Below are positions 9,478-19,663 of a stretch of DNA of 64,000 bases, one piece after another. The DNA is from an uncultured Acidimicrobiales bacterium (GTDB taxonomy: Bacteria > Actinomycetota > Acidimicrobiia > Acidimicrobiales > SZUA-35), in the NCBI GenBank assembly GCA_938002965.1, contig CALKZY010000006.1, positions 129,057 to 193,056 of the forward strand, written 5' to 3'. Each line of letters begins with the position of its first letter. Position 1 is the stretch's first letter. Below the pieces are notes generated by a model. That model saw only the letters and a program-made list of their open reading frames with translations, did no database searches and was not told the origin of the DNA. A program made the position numbers and the translations under genes.

Positions 9478-10266
9478 CTATGACGTCTCAATCTCTACGT
9501 CTTCGGTAGTTTCCAGGCTCGGGCCGCCGCCTAGAAGGTCGGGGAGATTGGACACAATCAGGGCCAAGGCCAAGGCAGCGATGATCACCTGTGCGGGCAG
9601 CAGACTCACCGGACTTGAACCGCCGGGTTCAGCAATCAACTCCCGGCGACTTGCGCTGACCTCGGAGGCGAGCTCATCAAGATTGGCCGTTGAGCGGTCC
9701 AAGTCTGCAGCTACAGTCCGCAGGTCGGCCGCCAGCTCAACGGTGTTGGGACCCAGCTCAGCTGTCTCCGTCGACAGTCTGGTCAAGGACTCTTCGGCCG
9801 CCCGCAAGTCATCGACCAACGGATCGATGTCGGTTAGGGACGGATCGACTTGGGTGATGCGGGTGTCGAGAAACGGAATGTTGTCGAGAATCCCGTTGAT
9901 ATCGCTAATGCTGGCATCCAACTGCGCCAGGTTGTTGGACACTGCGGTGAGAACCGGTGGCAGCGTCGCCGTAACATCCGCTACATCACCGGCCACCTCG
10001 GACGTTGCATCCGACGTCGCAGCCACCGATTCCAGCGACACCGCTGATGCTTCGAGAGCAGCGGCGGTTGACGTCGCAACCTCGCTTGAGCTGGCCAGCG
10101 TGGCTTCCACCGACTCAAGTGCTCCGGCCACCGTTTCCACCGAGTCGTTTGCGCCGAACTCGACCGAGCCCAGCGCAATCCAACCGAACGCGGCGCAGAC
10201 AGCGGCAAGCAAAGATGAAACAAGCGCAAAGAAGCGCCGAGATGTCGCCACCGATTCAGAACCCAT
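9478..10266 (-). CDS. Hypothetical membrane protein, one TM at each end, Ala/Ser/Glu/Asp-rich helical ectodomain
   Basis: N-terminal TM (FFALVSSLLAAVCAAFGWIAL) and C-terminal TM (LLPAQVIIAALALALIVSNL). No recognisable family. The equally long antisense ORF is Ser/Arg-rich and was rejected. Confidence 0.5.
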   Translation of the reverse strand: MGSESVATSRRFFALVSSLLAAVCAAFGWIALGSVEFGANDSVETVAGALESVEATLASSSEVATSTAAALEASAVSLESVAATSDATSEVAGDVADVTATLPPVLTAVSNNLAQLDASISDINGILDNIPFLDTRITQVDPSLTDIDPLVDDLRAAEESLTRLSTETAELGPNTVELAADLRTVAADLDRSTANLDELASEVSASRRELIAEPGGSSPVSLLPAQVIIAALALALIVSNLPDLLGGGPSLETTEDVEIETS

Positions 10267-10302
10267 GAGCCGAAGTGTACTGCCCAGGCGATTTCGCCGA
10301 GA

Positions 10303-10557
10303 GTGTCACACCGATTGCCCATAGTGACCGTCATGTCCACTTCGGCACTCCTAGCAGGTCAACTTCTCGCACCGACTCAACCTGAGATCTCCGAACACCG
10401 CCTCGAACTCATGGAGATGGCGGTCGAACTCGAGGTCGACAGAAACGACTTTGGCTTCCACCACAGTGGCGAAGAAGCCGTCTGGGATGAGCTGCAGGCC
10501 GAATTCGAGATCCGGGCCGAACGCCTGGGTCGAACCTGGGTAGCTGAAGCCGCCTGA
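10303..10557 (+). CDS. Hypothetical small acidic protein
   Basis: This ORF fills an otherwise empty gap of about 350 bp. No motif was recognised. Confidence 0.3.
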   Translation: MSHRLPIVTVMSTSALLAGQLLAPTQPEISEHRLELMEMAVELEVDRNDFGFHHSGEEAVWDELQAEFEIRAERLGRTWVAEAA

Positions 10558-10613
10558 CCGTCGGCCATGGTGGCATCGGCGGTGAATCCTGGGTGGTTCG
10601 CTAGCGTGAACCC

Positions 10614-12257
10614 ATGGCCTCGCAACCAGACTTTCGTTACACCGACCTTCTTCCGCTTGGCGAAGATACAACCCCGTACCGGTTACTGACGACACAAGGC
10701 GTCGAAACCATTGATCTGGGGGAACGGAGCTTCCTCTCGGTCAGCGACGACGCCCTGCGCACGCTCGCAGCCGAAGCCATTCGCGATATCTCCCACCTGC
10801 TACGGCCGGGCCATTTGCAGCAGTTGAGCAACATCCTCGAAGACCCGGAAGCATCAGCCAATGACCGGTTCGTGGCCACCGAGTTGCTTCGCAATGCCAA
10901 TATCGCATCTGGCTTCGTCCTACCCGGGTGTCAGGACACCGGGACCGTCATCATCAAAGGAAAGAAGGGTCAACAGGTCCTGACTTCGGGCGATGACAAG
11001 CAACCCCTGACTCAAGGGGTGTTCGAAACCTTCCAAACGTCCAACCTCCGCTACTCGCAGATGGCTCCACTTTCGATGTGGGACGAACGCAACACAGGTA
11101 CCAACCTGCCGGGCGAAGTCAAGATCGAGGCTGTACCTGGCGATGCCTACAAGTTCATGTTCATGACCAAAGGTGGGGGCTCGGCCAACAAGAGCTATCT
11201 GTTCCAGGAAACCAAGGCGCTGCTCAATCCGCAGTCCTTGCGCGCATTCCTCAACGAGAAGCTGCGGCTGCTGGGAACCTCAGCCTGTCCGCCCTATCAC
11301 CTCGGGCTGGCCATCGGCGGTACATCAGCTGAATACTCACTCGAAGTAGCCAAGCTGGCCTCCACGCGGTATCTCGACTCGCTGCCTACGAGCGGATCGG
11401 AACTTGGGCACGGCTACCGCGACGTTGAGATAGAGGCCGAGGTCCTCCAATTGACTCAGGAGTTCGGAATCGGAGCCCAGTTCGGAGGCAAGCACTTCTG
11501 CCACGACGTACGGGTTATCCGTCTTCCCCGCCACGGTGCCTCCTTACCCGTCGGCATCGCTGTTAGCTGCTCGGCGGACCGCCAGGCGCTGGCCAAAATC
11601 ACCTCAGAGGGGGTGTTCCTAGAAGAGTTGGAACGGGATCCGGCCAAGTACCTCCCGGAGGTGACGGGAGAAGCCCTCTCACCCGAGACCGTCCAGATCG
11701 ATCTAGACCAACCGATGGACGCCATCCGCAGTCAGCTGAGCGGACATCCGGTGAAGACCCGTCTGTCCTTGACCGGAACATTGGTCGTTGGCCGCGATAT
11801 CGCCCACGCCAAGATCAAGGAACGACTCGACGCCGGCGAGGCAATGCCGGAGTACCTGCGGGAGAATCCGATCTATTACGCCGGCCCGGCTAAGACGCCG
11901 GAAGGTTATGCATCAGGCTCGTTCGGGCCGACTACGGCCGGTCGAATGGACTCCTATGTTGAGCAGTTCCAGGCAGCCGGCGGCTCGCTGGTAATGCTGG
12001 CCAAGGGCAACCGAAGCGACCAGGTAGCGCAAGCCTGCAAGCGCCACGGTGGCTTTTACCTCGGCTCCATCGGCGGTCCGGCTGCCCGGCTGGCCAAAGA
12101 CTCCATCCGCCACGTCGAAGTGCTTGAATATCCGGAGCTTGGCATGGAAGCCATCTGGAAGATCGAAGTAGAGAACTTCCCGGCCTTCATAGTCATCGAC
12201 GACAAAGGCAACGACTTTTACGCCGAGACCTCTCGCCCAGTCGACTTAAAACTGTAG
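10614..12257 (+). CDS. Class I (Fe-S dependent) fumarate hydratase, fused alpha/beta type
   Basis: 547 aa with FumA/FumB-type blocks ([61 protein letters not shown]). Confidence 0.9.
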   Translation: MASQPDFRYTDLLPLGEDTTPYRLLTTQGVETIDLGERSFLSVSDDALRTLAAEAIRDISHLLRPGHLQQLSNILEDPEASANDRFVATELLRNANIASGFVLPGCQDTGTVIIKGKKGQQVLTSGDDKQPLTQGVFETFQTSNLRYSQMAPLSMWDERNTGTNLPGEVKIEAVPGDAYKFMFMTKGGGSANKSYLFQETKALLNPQSLRAFLNEKLRLLGTSACPPYHLGLAIGGTSAEYSLEVAKLASTRYLDSLPTSGSELGHGYRDVEIEAEVLQLTQEFGIGAQFGGKHFCHDVRVIRLPRHGASLPVGIAVSCSADRQALAKITSEGVFLEELERDPAKYLPEVTGEALSPETVQIDLDQPMDAIRSQLSGHPVKTRLSLTGTLVVGRDIAHAKIKERLDAGEAMPEYLRENPIYYAGPAKTPEGYASGSFGPTTAGRMDSYVEQFQAAGGSLVMLAKGNRSDQVAQACKRHGGFYLGSIGGPAARLAKDSIRHVEVLEYPELGMEAIWKIEVENFPAFIVIDDKGNDFYAETSRPVDLKL

Positions 12258-12302
12258 AGTCTCGGCGCCAGTGGGGGCTCCGACACTGAGCAAGACCGAC
12301 CT

Positions 12303-13058
12303 CTAGACGATGGTCAGGCCCCCATCAACCACCAGAACCTGGCCGGTTACGTATCGGGCCGATACCAACGAGATCACGGCATCGGCACAATCCTCCGGGC
12401 TGGCCGTGCGCCCCAGTGGGGCGCGCCGCTGAACCGAGCGTCGGACGGCATCCCAGTCGGCGGTCCAGGGCGTGTCGACCAATCCAGGGGCGACAGCGTT
12501 GAACCGGACTGGGCCGTGAGCCCGGGCTAATAGGACCGTCATGTGGTTAAGCGCCGCTTTGGACATGGCATAGGCGACCGACGAGCCCACCGGGCGAACA
12601 CCGGCGATCGAGGTGATCGTTACCACGTTGGGATCGGACGATTCACGCAGGAGTGGTATGGCAGCTTTGGTCAGCTTCCAGGTTCCAAAGACGTTGACAT
12701 CAAACGTTTTCTCGAAGACGTCGTCGGTCAGCCCGTCAAGATCCTCGTGAGGAATGACCGTCGTCCAGCCTGCATTGTTGACCAGGATGTCAAGACCACC
12801 AAAGTGCTCTACAGTTCCTTCGAGAAGACGGGCCGGTCCTTCTTCGGAGGCGATGTCCGCCTGAATGTACGCCGACTCGCCCGGCAACGCTTCCGATACC
12901 GCCTGCCCAGCTTCCACCGATGAGGCCGAGTTGACGACAACCTTTGCTCCGAGGGCTGAAAGCCGGTGGGCCGTAGCCTCCCCTATCCCGCTCGATGAGC
13001 CGGTGACCAGCGCCACCCGTCCGGACAGGTCACCCGGTATCGAATCATTGGTACTCAT
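12303..13058 (-). CDS. SDR-family oxidoreductase
   Basis: Contains TGSSSGIG (TGxxxGIG), NNAG and a YAMSKAA (YxxxK) catalytic motif. Its ATG overlaps the stop of the upstream M20 gene (ATGA at 13058). Confidence 0.85.
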   Translation of the reverse strand: MSTNDSIPGDLSGRVALVTGSSSGIGEATAHRLSALGAKVVVNSASSVEAGQAVSEALPGESAYIQADIASEEGPARLLEGTVEHFGGLDILVNNAGWTTVIPHEDLDGLTDDVFEKTFDVNVFGTWKLTKAAIPLLRESSDPNVVTITSIAGVRPVGSSVAYAMSKAALNHMTVLLARAHGPVRFNAVAPGLVDTPWTADWDAVRRSVQRRAPLGRTASPEDCADAVISLVSARYVTGQVLVVDGGLTIV

Positions 13059-14542
13059 TACTTTGCCCCTTCAAGAGTTGTGTTGGAAGCCGTCTTGGCC
13101 GACAACACATCGGCAATACAACAGGTCAGCTTTTCGGCGTAGGCAACGTCAAGAAACTCGTTTGGACCGTGGGCGTTCGAACCCGGACCGAGCACTCCCG
13201 TAATCACGAACTGGGCTGCTGGAAACTTCTCGCCCAACATCCCCATGAATGGAATAGTTCCCCCTTCACCGAACAGTTGCATACCCCGACCGAAGTTGAC
13301 GGTCGACGCTTCGTCAAGAGCCTCTCTTAGCCATGGCGCAAGGTCAGGAGCGTTCCAGCCATCGGCGCTGTCAGCTTCGCCAAACGACACCCGGGCGCCG
13401 TAAGGAGGATCGGCTTGCAGAACCTCGGCCAGTTCACGCTCGACGGCTTTCGAGTCGGCGGTTGGGGGAAGCCGCAGCGAAAGCTGAAGCGATGTATAGG
13501 GCCGCAGCACGTTACCGGCTTTCGCCGTAGGAGGTAGGCCGTCAGCGCCGACATAGGCCAGCGATGGCTTCCACGTTCGAGCCAGGAGGGCCTCAGCCGG
13601 TTCGGCAGCCACCGGTGAAGCGCCATCAACAATCGGATACTCCTCGTACACATACGAGCCGAGCAGACCGGCTGTGGCCCTGGCTTCGACCTCCCGATAC
13701 GCCGGGATGTCAACGTTGGCCGATTCGAGCAACACCCGACCATCCGCTGCGTCCTCGATGCGGTCCAGCAATTGCCGGATGATACGAAAACTCGAAGGCA
13801 CAACGCCGCCGGCACTACCGCTGTGGATCCCCTCATTGACGATCTCGACAGTGAGCTTGCCGAAGACCATTCCCCGCAACGACGTGGTCAACCACAGGGT
13901 GTTGTAGTCGGCACAGCCGGAGTCCAGGCAGATGACCAAGTCGACGTCACCCAACCGCGTCGCCAAAGCATCAACGTGGGCCGGAAGGTCCGGGCTGCCG
14001 GACTCCTCAGATGCCTCGATCAGGACTACCAAGCGTCCATGGGCGCCACCGGAGGCCTGGACAGCCTCCACAGCGGCAAGTGAGGCGTAAGCGGCGTATC
14101 CGTCGTCGGCCCCTCCCCGCCCGTACAGCCGCGAGCCCTCCATGACCGGCTTCCACGGTCCCAAGCCATCTCGCCAACCTTCCATTTCTGGCTGCTTATC
14201 CAAGTGTCCGTACAACAGCGTCGTTGTTCCGTCAGACCCGACGTCGCCGTCACCACCGAACGGTTCGATCTCAGCCATGATCACCGGGGTTCGTCCAGGC
14301 AACTCTTCGACCGAGACCGACATACCAACTATGGGTCGCGCCCGCATCCAGTTGTAGATCTGGTCGACGGCCTTTTGGATGTAGCCGGTCTCCGCCCACC
14401 CCGGATCAAATGCCGGTGAGAGAGCGGGAATGGCAATGTAGTCCCTCAGCTGCGGAACGATCTCGTCGGGCCACAAAGCGGCAATCCGCTCCTGCGGGCC
14501 CGACTCCGACGGGGACTCGGCTTGGCTGTCTGTACTCGTCAT
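13058..14542 (-). CDS. M20-family metallo-dipeptidase
   Basis: 494 aa with YGHLDKQP, RGGADDGY and EASEESGS metal-binding blocks typical of the M20 (ArgE/DapE/DUG1-like) family. Confidence 0.8.
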   Translation of the reverse strand: MTSTDSQAESPSESGPQERIAALWPDEIVPQLRDYIAIPALSPAFDPGWAETGYIQKAVDQIYNWMRARPIVGMSVSVEELPGRTPVIMAEIEPFGGDGDVGSDGTTTLLYGHLDKQPEMEGWRDGLGPWKPVMEGSRLYGRGGADDGYAAYASLAAVEAVQASGGAHGRLVVLIEASEESGSPDLPAHVDALATRLGDVDLVICLDSGCADYNTLWLTTSLRGMVFGKLTVEIVNEGIHSGSAGGVVPSSFRIIRQLLDRIEDAADGRVLLESANVDIPAYREVEARATAGLLGSYVYEEYPIVDGASPVAAEPAEALLARTWKPSLAYVGADGLPPTAKAGNVLRPYTSLQLSLRLPPTADSKAVERELAEVLQADPPYGARVSFGEADSADGWNAPDLAPWLREALDEASTVNFGRGMQLFGEGGTIPFMGMLGEKFPAAQFVITGVLGPGSNAHGPNEFLDVAYAEKLTCCIADVLSAKTASNTTLEGAK

Positions 14543-14591
14543 CGGTTGCCATCATAGATCGGACAGCACCGCCGACTGCCAGACGAACGGA

Positions 14592-15872
14592 CTACTCGCC
14601 CATCGGAAGGCTCCGGCCGTGCCGGTCACGCCCACGGCCGGCGTTGTCGAAACTGAAGCGGCTGCGTCCGGCGTGCTTCGCCCTGTAAGCCGCTCTATCT
14701 GCTCGCAACATGATGTCGGAGTAGCTGTCTCCGGGCTCCCAGGTTGCGCCACCGATGGAGCAACCTCGTTGAATCGTGCATCCGGCGATCGGAAAGGGCT
14801 CTGAGACTCTCTTGAGGATTCGCTCGGCGATCGGCATCAACTCATCAGCGGTGACCCCGAACCCCAAGACAACAAACTCATCGCCGCCCAGCCGTGCCAC
14901 CAGATCGCCAGCAGGGACAGTTTGGCGAATGCGACTCGCGACTTCGATCAACAATTGGTCGCCTACGGCGTGACCCAACGTGTCGTTCACCGACTTGAAG
15001 TCGTCCATGTCCAGCATCAAGATGCCGAGAGCTGCGCCGTCCAGAATCGCTTGCTCGACCGCAGACCGAAATGCCGCACGGTTGGCCAAGCCGGTCAACG
15101 AATCGCTCATGGCCTGCTGTCTAAGATCACCAACCAGGCGCTTGGCCTCGTCCTCGCGGGCCACGAGATCGGAGATGTCACGTTCAACCGTGTACCAGCG
15201 CTGGCTATTGGGGTCATATTCGGTTCTCATGGACAGCGGTGTCAGCGAACCGTCTTCCGCCAGGCCGAGAATTCTAGTTTCGAGACTTGTCTCACCAGCC
15301 GCCACCCGCTCCATCAGCGCCGCCCAGCTTGACGGCTCGGCAAAGTCGGCCACCGGCCGACCGATGAACTTCTGGTCCCCGTGGAACAATCGGGCCGCTT
15401 CGTTGACGTAGGTGATGGTCCCGATCTCGTCGGTTACCACGAAGATGTCGCGCGTCAGGCTGGCCAAATGCATAAGGTCTGATACTCGGCTCCGGCTACG
15501 ACGAAAGTCCGACAGCGGCTGGGCCGAGAGAATGGCTCGATCTTCGCTGATCATTCGGACTGTTGCTAGACACACTTCGCTGGTCCCGTCGGCCGACAGC
15601 ACAGTTGCCTCCCGCCGATCGATGCTCTCATCATCCGACACTCCGCTCGCCAGAACCTGAACGACGGCAGGGTCAACCTCTAGGAACTGCCCAAGTTCAC
15701 ACCCAATCCACTGTCCCGGCTCGAATCCGTAGCGGCGCAGGCCGATCGAGCCGACATCGTTGATCACCAACGAGGGCCGCTCAACAACAAGCACTAGGTC
15801 GGCCAATTCATCGATCAACCAGTTTCTGGCCGACGACGAATCTTTGTCCATCGAACCGTTCGACACGACCAA
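14592..15872 (-). CDS. Diguanylate cyclase (PAS/GAF-like sensor regions plus a GGDEF domain)
   Basis: C-terminal GGDEF domain (DSLTGLANR, DMDDFKSVNDTLGH, RLGGDEFVV). The N-terminal ~250 aa is sensory. Confidence 0.85.
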   Translation of the reverse strand: MVVSNGSMDKDSSSARNWLIDELADLVLVVERPSLVINDVGSIGLRRYGFEPGQWIGCELGQFLEVDPAVVQVLASGVSDDESIDRREATVLSADGTSEVCLATVRMISEDRAILSAQPLSDFRRSRSRVSDLMHLASLTRDIFVVTDEIGTITYVNEAARLFHGDQKFIGRPVADFAEPSSWAALMERVAAGETSLETRILGLAEDGSLTPLSMRTEYDPNSQRWYTVERDISDLVAREDEAKRLVGDLRQQAMSDSLTGLANRAAFRSAVEQAILDGAALGILMLDMDDFKSVNDTLGHAVGDQLLIEVASRIRQTVPAGDLVARLGGDEFVVLGFGVTADELMPIAERILKRVSEPFPIAGCTIQRGCSIGGATWEPGDSYSDIMLRADRAAYRAKHAGRSRFSFDNAGRGRDRHGRSLPMGE

Positions 15873-15964
15873 AGAGATCGGCGGCTACATGCCGAACCTT
15901 AACCTGATCGGATTTGTCGACCGAAGACTCAATCCAAGCGGTCAATCGAGCACAAGGCTCGTTG

Positions 15965-16537
15965 CTAACCTACGGCTCCGCACAGCTCCATGGCCTCAAA
16001 GAACTTGGCGTAGAACGCATCGGTGATCTCGCCTGACAACAAGACGTCGATGTCCTCGTCCGTCGGGTCGACCATAAGCTCCGAAGCCACACATGGAGCG
16101 TCGTCGACCGAGACACCGTTGGCCACCAACTGACTACGAATCTGCTCTTGAACGTCACCCTCTACCCCACAGGTGAACATCGCTCGGAACTGTGCTTCCT
16201 CGAAGTCAGATGACACCGGTTCGCCAGCAAGCTCCACCTCGAGTTCATCACTGCTGTAGCGGCCCATCAAGTCGTCCACGACGCAACCGGCCTGCTCGGT
16301 CGTGGCGTCCGGGTTGCTGTCCTGAAACCCCGAAATCAACGATTGCCTGGAAATCGATTCTCCACATCCAAACAGAAACAGCCCAAACACAACGACAATC
16401 GTCAGCCACCCGATCGGACCGATGCCGACGCTACCGCCTCGAAACGCGCTAGTTGATCTGACGATCGCGATCGCTCCAGTACGGGTCGCGGAGCTTGAAC
16501 TTCTGAAGTTTCCCGGTTGCAGTTCGGGCCAGCTCAT
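15965..16537 (-). CDS. Hypothetical lipoprotein or secreted protein
   Basis: Hydrophobic segment ending in a lipobox-like LFGC. The only standard start (ATG 16537) overlaps the 3' end of the upstream ligase gene by 89 bp, so the start is uncertain. Confidence 0.4.
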   Translation of the reverse strand: MSWPELQPGNFRSSSSATRTGAIAIVRSTSAFRGGSVGIGPIGWLTIVVVFGLFLFGCGESISRQSLISGFQDSNPDATTEQAGCVVDDLMGRYSSDELEVELAGEPVSSDFEEAQFRAMFTCGVEGDVQEQIRSQLVANGVSVDDAPCVASELMVDPTDEDIDVLLSGEITDAFYAKFFEAMELCGAVG

Positions 16538-17984
16538 CTCGGAACTCTACCGAGGTAGGGCACTTGTAGTGAGCCATCCGCTCGCGGCAATAGTCGATAA
16601 GACCCTGTTCCGTCAGGTCAGCACCGTCGGCGATGACGACCAGGGCTTTGACAGTCTCCCCCCACTTGTCGTGAGGAACCCCGATGACGGCGACTTCGCT
16701 CACGTCAGGATGAGAGAAGACGACGTCCTCCACTTCGATCGAGGAGACGTTTTCACCTCCAGAAATGATGACGTCCTTCTTGCGGTCGGTTATGGCGAAG
16801 TAGCCTTCGTCGTCGCAGTAGCCGCCGTCACCAGTGTGGAACCAGTTCTCGGCCAGCGCCTCAGAAGTAGCCTCGGGGTTCTCCCAGTAGCCCTGGAGGA
16901 CGTGGTTACCGCGGGCCAACAGCTCACCGGATGGACTGACCTTCATGTCGATTCCGAGCACCGGGGCACCAGCACGACCGAGCCTCTTAGCCCTGTCATT
17001 CGAGCTGAGAGAATCCCACTCCGCCCGAGTTCGGTTCATGGTGAGCAGCGGCGACGTCTCAGTTAGGCCGTAGATCTGGATGAACTCCCAGCCAAGCTCG
17101 GTCTCCATCCGCTCGATGGTGGCTGTAGGTGGCGGGGCTCCGGCCACCACCATTCGCACCCGACCGCGTCCAGGAATTTCACCGTCCCATTCGGCCGCCG
17201 CGTCCAAGATGGCGGCGCAGACTGCCGGCGCACCACACATAAGCGTCACACCGTGCTCCTCCACCCGACGCAGAATCTCGGCGCCATCGATCTTGCGGAT
17301 GACCACGTGCTTAACGCCCATACCGGTCACCGTGTAGAGCATTCCCCAACCATCACAGTGGAACATCGGCAGCGTGTGCAGGTACACGTCGCGGTCAGTC
17401 ACTCCCACCTGCCAGCCGAAGGTGACTGCGTTCGTCCAGCGAGCTCGATGAGTCTGCTCGACGCCCTTGGGTCGGGCCGTTGTTCCCGACGTATAATTGA
17501 TTGAACAGATGGCGTCCTCATCGGCGACCCAGGGCTGCGGCTCACCGTCTTGGCCGTACCAGACTTCGTCCGACTCGGCCCCCATTATCCACTTGTTCTT
17601 GCAGTCGATGCCGGACAGGTCCTGCTCAAGCTCGGGGTCGATCAGTAGCGCGTCGGCTCCACAGTGCTCGATGATGTAGCCAACCTCGTCGGCGTTGAGC
17701 CTGAAGTTGATCGGTACGAAGATGCGACCGTTCCCACTCACCCCGTAGAAGGAGGTGAGCAGTCTGGCGGCGTTGTGGGAGACCATGGCGACCCTGTCAC
17801 CAAATCCGAGTCCCAGATTGTCCATGGTGACACCCATCTTTCGACGAATGTCACCAAGTTCACGGTAAGTCAGCGTCGGGAGCGGAGGCGCCGCTTGGTC
17901 AGGCTCGTCCACGATCGCTACGCGATCGGGATAGACGGCAAGTGACCGATCAAGAAAATCGTTGATCGTCAGTGGGACCTTCAT
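16449..17984 (-). CDS. AMP-dependent acyl-CoA synthetase/ligase (FadD-like)
   Basis: AMP-binding motifs YTSGTTARPKG, GYGLTETS and DGYFAITDRKKDVIISGGENV. The ATG at 17984 is preceded by GGGAGGAAGC. The 29-codon upstream extension in the ORF track is unlikely to be translated. Confidence 0.85.
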   Translation of the reverse strand: MKVPLTINDFLDRSLAVYPDRVAIVDEPDQAAPPLPTLTYRELGDIRRKMGVTMDNLGLGFGDRVAMVSHNAARLLTSFYGVSGNGRIFVPINFRLNADEVGYIIEHCGADALLIDPELEQDLSGIDCKNKWIMGAESDEVWYGQDGEPQPWVADEDAICSINYTSGTTARPKGVEQTHRARWTNAVTFGWQVGVTDRDVYLHTLPMFHCDGWGMLYTVTGMGVKHVVIRKIDGAEILRRVEEHGVTLMCGAPAVCAAILDAAAEWDGEIPGRGRVRMVVAGAPPPTATIERMETELGWEFIQIYGLTETSPLLTMNRTRAEWDSLSSNDRAKRLGRAGAPVLGIDMKVSPSGELLARGNHVLQGYWENPEATSEALAENWFHTGDGGYCDDEGYFAITDRKKDVIISGGENVSSIEVEDVVFSHPDVSEVAVIGVPHDKWGETVKALVVIADGADLTEQGLIDYCRERMAHYKCPTSVEFRDELARTATGKLQKFKLRDPYWSDRDRQIN

Positions 17985-18144
17985 GCTTCCTCCCGGATGA
18001 GCAGGTGGTCCGAAACCTCTGCTGGTTTCGAACCCATCCAAATGTAGTTGCTGGCCCACCTCTCGTTCCAACGCGGCGCCAGCTGTAACAGTCAGCGACT
18101 CCGGTTCGCTGGATTTCGGGCTTCTCGGGCCGATTCAACACTAC

Positions 18145-19614
18145 ATGCGACGCAGAATCCCTCCCCTCATCGGGACCAAGTTGATCGCCCCATATGGATC
18201 AGGCATTTCCGAGGTGGAGTCCGGCCGACCGGGCGATACTGCCGTGATTGTCTTTTGGTCGGCAGGGTGTGAAGCCTCACTTGAGCGGCTACGACAACTG
18301 GCGACCTGGCATGACTCATCCCAGGTCCTCAACGGCGGGTCGACCGTGGACATATGGGGCGTCCACTGCCCGCGCTTTCCTGCAGCCGAAGATGCGGATG
18401 AAGTCGCCTTTGTCATGGACCGATGTCGGATTCCGTTCAGAACGGTTCATGATCCCGAGTTCAAGACCTGGAGTCGTTACAACCCGGAAGGCTGGCCGAC
18501 CACTGTTGTCATCGACAACGGTTCGGTCGCTGGGGTCGACCACGGGTTGGCTCCTCTCACGAGCGTGCTTGGCCGCCTGGAGCGGCAGCCGGAGGATCGG
18601 CTGGACGCCGACACAGCGCACGCGCAGGAAACAGTACATACACGCGACACAGCACCAGTGCCGACGAACACGGTGGCCGACCGATACGAACCTGATCGAC
18701 TCAAGTTCCCCCGCTCTGTGGTTATGGACGGCGATCGGATGTTGATCGCCGACACTGGGAACGACCGGATCCTCGCCGGTCGAGTTCGACCTGACTTGTC
18801 GATCTTCGTAGTTGACCGAATATACGACGGTCTCACCCGACCGTCCTCACTAGCTCCTTGGAGTACCGATGCCATCGCCGTCGTCGAGGACGACCGGCAA
18901 GTATCTCGCGTCGACAGCGAAACCGGCGTCAAGCAGGTGGTGACCGACAAGCTGACCCGGGCCGGTGGACTGTGTGTCGACGCCGACGGGTCGTTGGTCG
19001 TCACCGATTCCGCCGCAAACCGAATTCACAGGATCACGGCCGACAACAATCGCTCAAGTGACGAATGGTCTCCAAGGCCGATAGCGGGCGGAGGGCGCCT
19101 AGGGACCCGGGCAGGACGGGCCGACGCGGCCGAGTTCGCTCAGCCGGTTGCCGTTAGCCGAAGCGCTGGAGGTCTGATCATTGTCGATGCCGCCTCCAGC
19201 TCTCTCCGCCTCCTCACTGACAGCGGCAAGGTGATGAACCTGACCGATGGTGATCTGTACAGGTTTGGATTGGTGGACGGCGTCGCTCATCGGGCGCTCC
19301 TCCAAAGGCCGTCCGACCTTTGTACAACGCCCGGTGGCGACATCATCGTGGCCGACAGCGGGAACCACCATCTTCGACGTCTAACCAAACGTCGGTTGGA
19401 GACCGTTCCTATTCGCGGCCTACGCCACCCGATGGGAGTGACGGCGATAGACAATGACTGGGTCGCAGTCGCCGACACCAACAATCATCGCATCGTGCTG
19501 GCCAACTGTGGGCGAGGCATGGTCCAAGAACTGCGACTTGGCGGGCTGACCGGTGCAGCCAGATCAACCGACCTCGGCGAGGGCCGGTCTGCACCAACCC
19601 TGGTAAGCCACTGA
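18145..19614 (+). CDS. Thioredoxin-like domain plus NHL-repeat beta-propeller protein
   Basis: The N-terminal Trx-like fold has a degenerate CxxS site (VIVFWSAGCEAS). The C-terminus has repeated ADTGN(D/H)RI, VTDSAANRIHRI, VADSGNHHLRRL and VADTNNHRIV NHL-type blades. Confidence 0.7.
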   Translation: MRRRIPPLIGTKLIAPYGSGISEVESGRPGDTAVIVFWSAGCEASLERLRQLATWHDSSQVLNGGSTVDIWGVHCPRFPAAEDADEVAFVMDRCRIPFRTVHDPEFKTWSRYNPEGWPTTVVIDNGSVAGVDHGLAPLTSVLGRLERQPEDRLDADTAHAQETVHTRDTAPVPTNTVADRYEPDRLKFPRSVVMDGDRMLIADTGNDRILAGRVRPDLSIFVVDRIYDGLTRPSSLAPWSTDAIAVVEDDRQVSRVDSETGVKQVVTDKLTRAGGLCVDADGSLVVTDSAANRIHRITADNNRSSDEWSPRPIAGGGRLGTRAGRADAAEFAQPVAVSRSAGGLIIVDAASSSLRLLTDSGKVMNLTDGDLYRFGLVDGVAHRALLQRPSDLCTTPGGDIIVADSGNHHLRRLTKRRLETVPIRGLRHPMGVTAIDNDWVAVADTNNHRIVLANCGRGMVQELRLGGLTGAARSTDLGEGRSAPTLVSH

Positions 19615-19663
19615 CAGCGATCTGACAGCTTCGACCCACCCGGGGCCAACCAGCCTGCCGTGT

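Noticed and set aside
9548-10324. A 258-aa plus-strand ORF antisense to the 9478-10266 membrane protein
   Set aside because: Its Ser/Arg/Ala-rich composition is typical of antisense frames in high-GC DNA. The minus-strand product has sensible TM segments at both ends.
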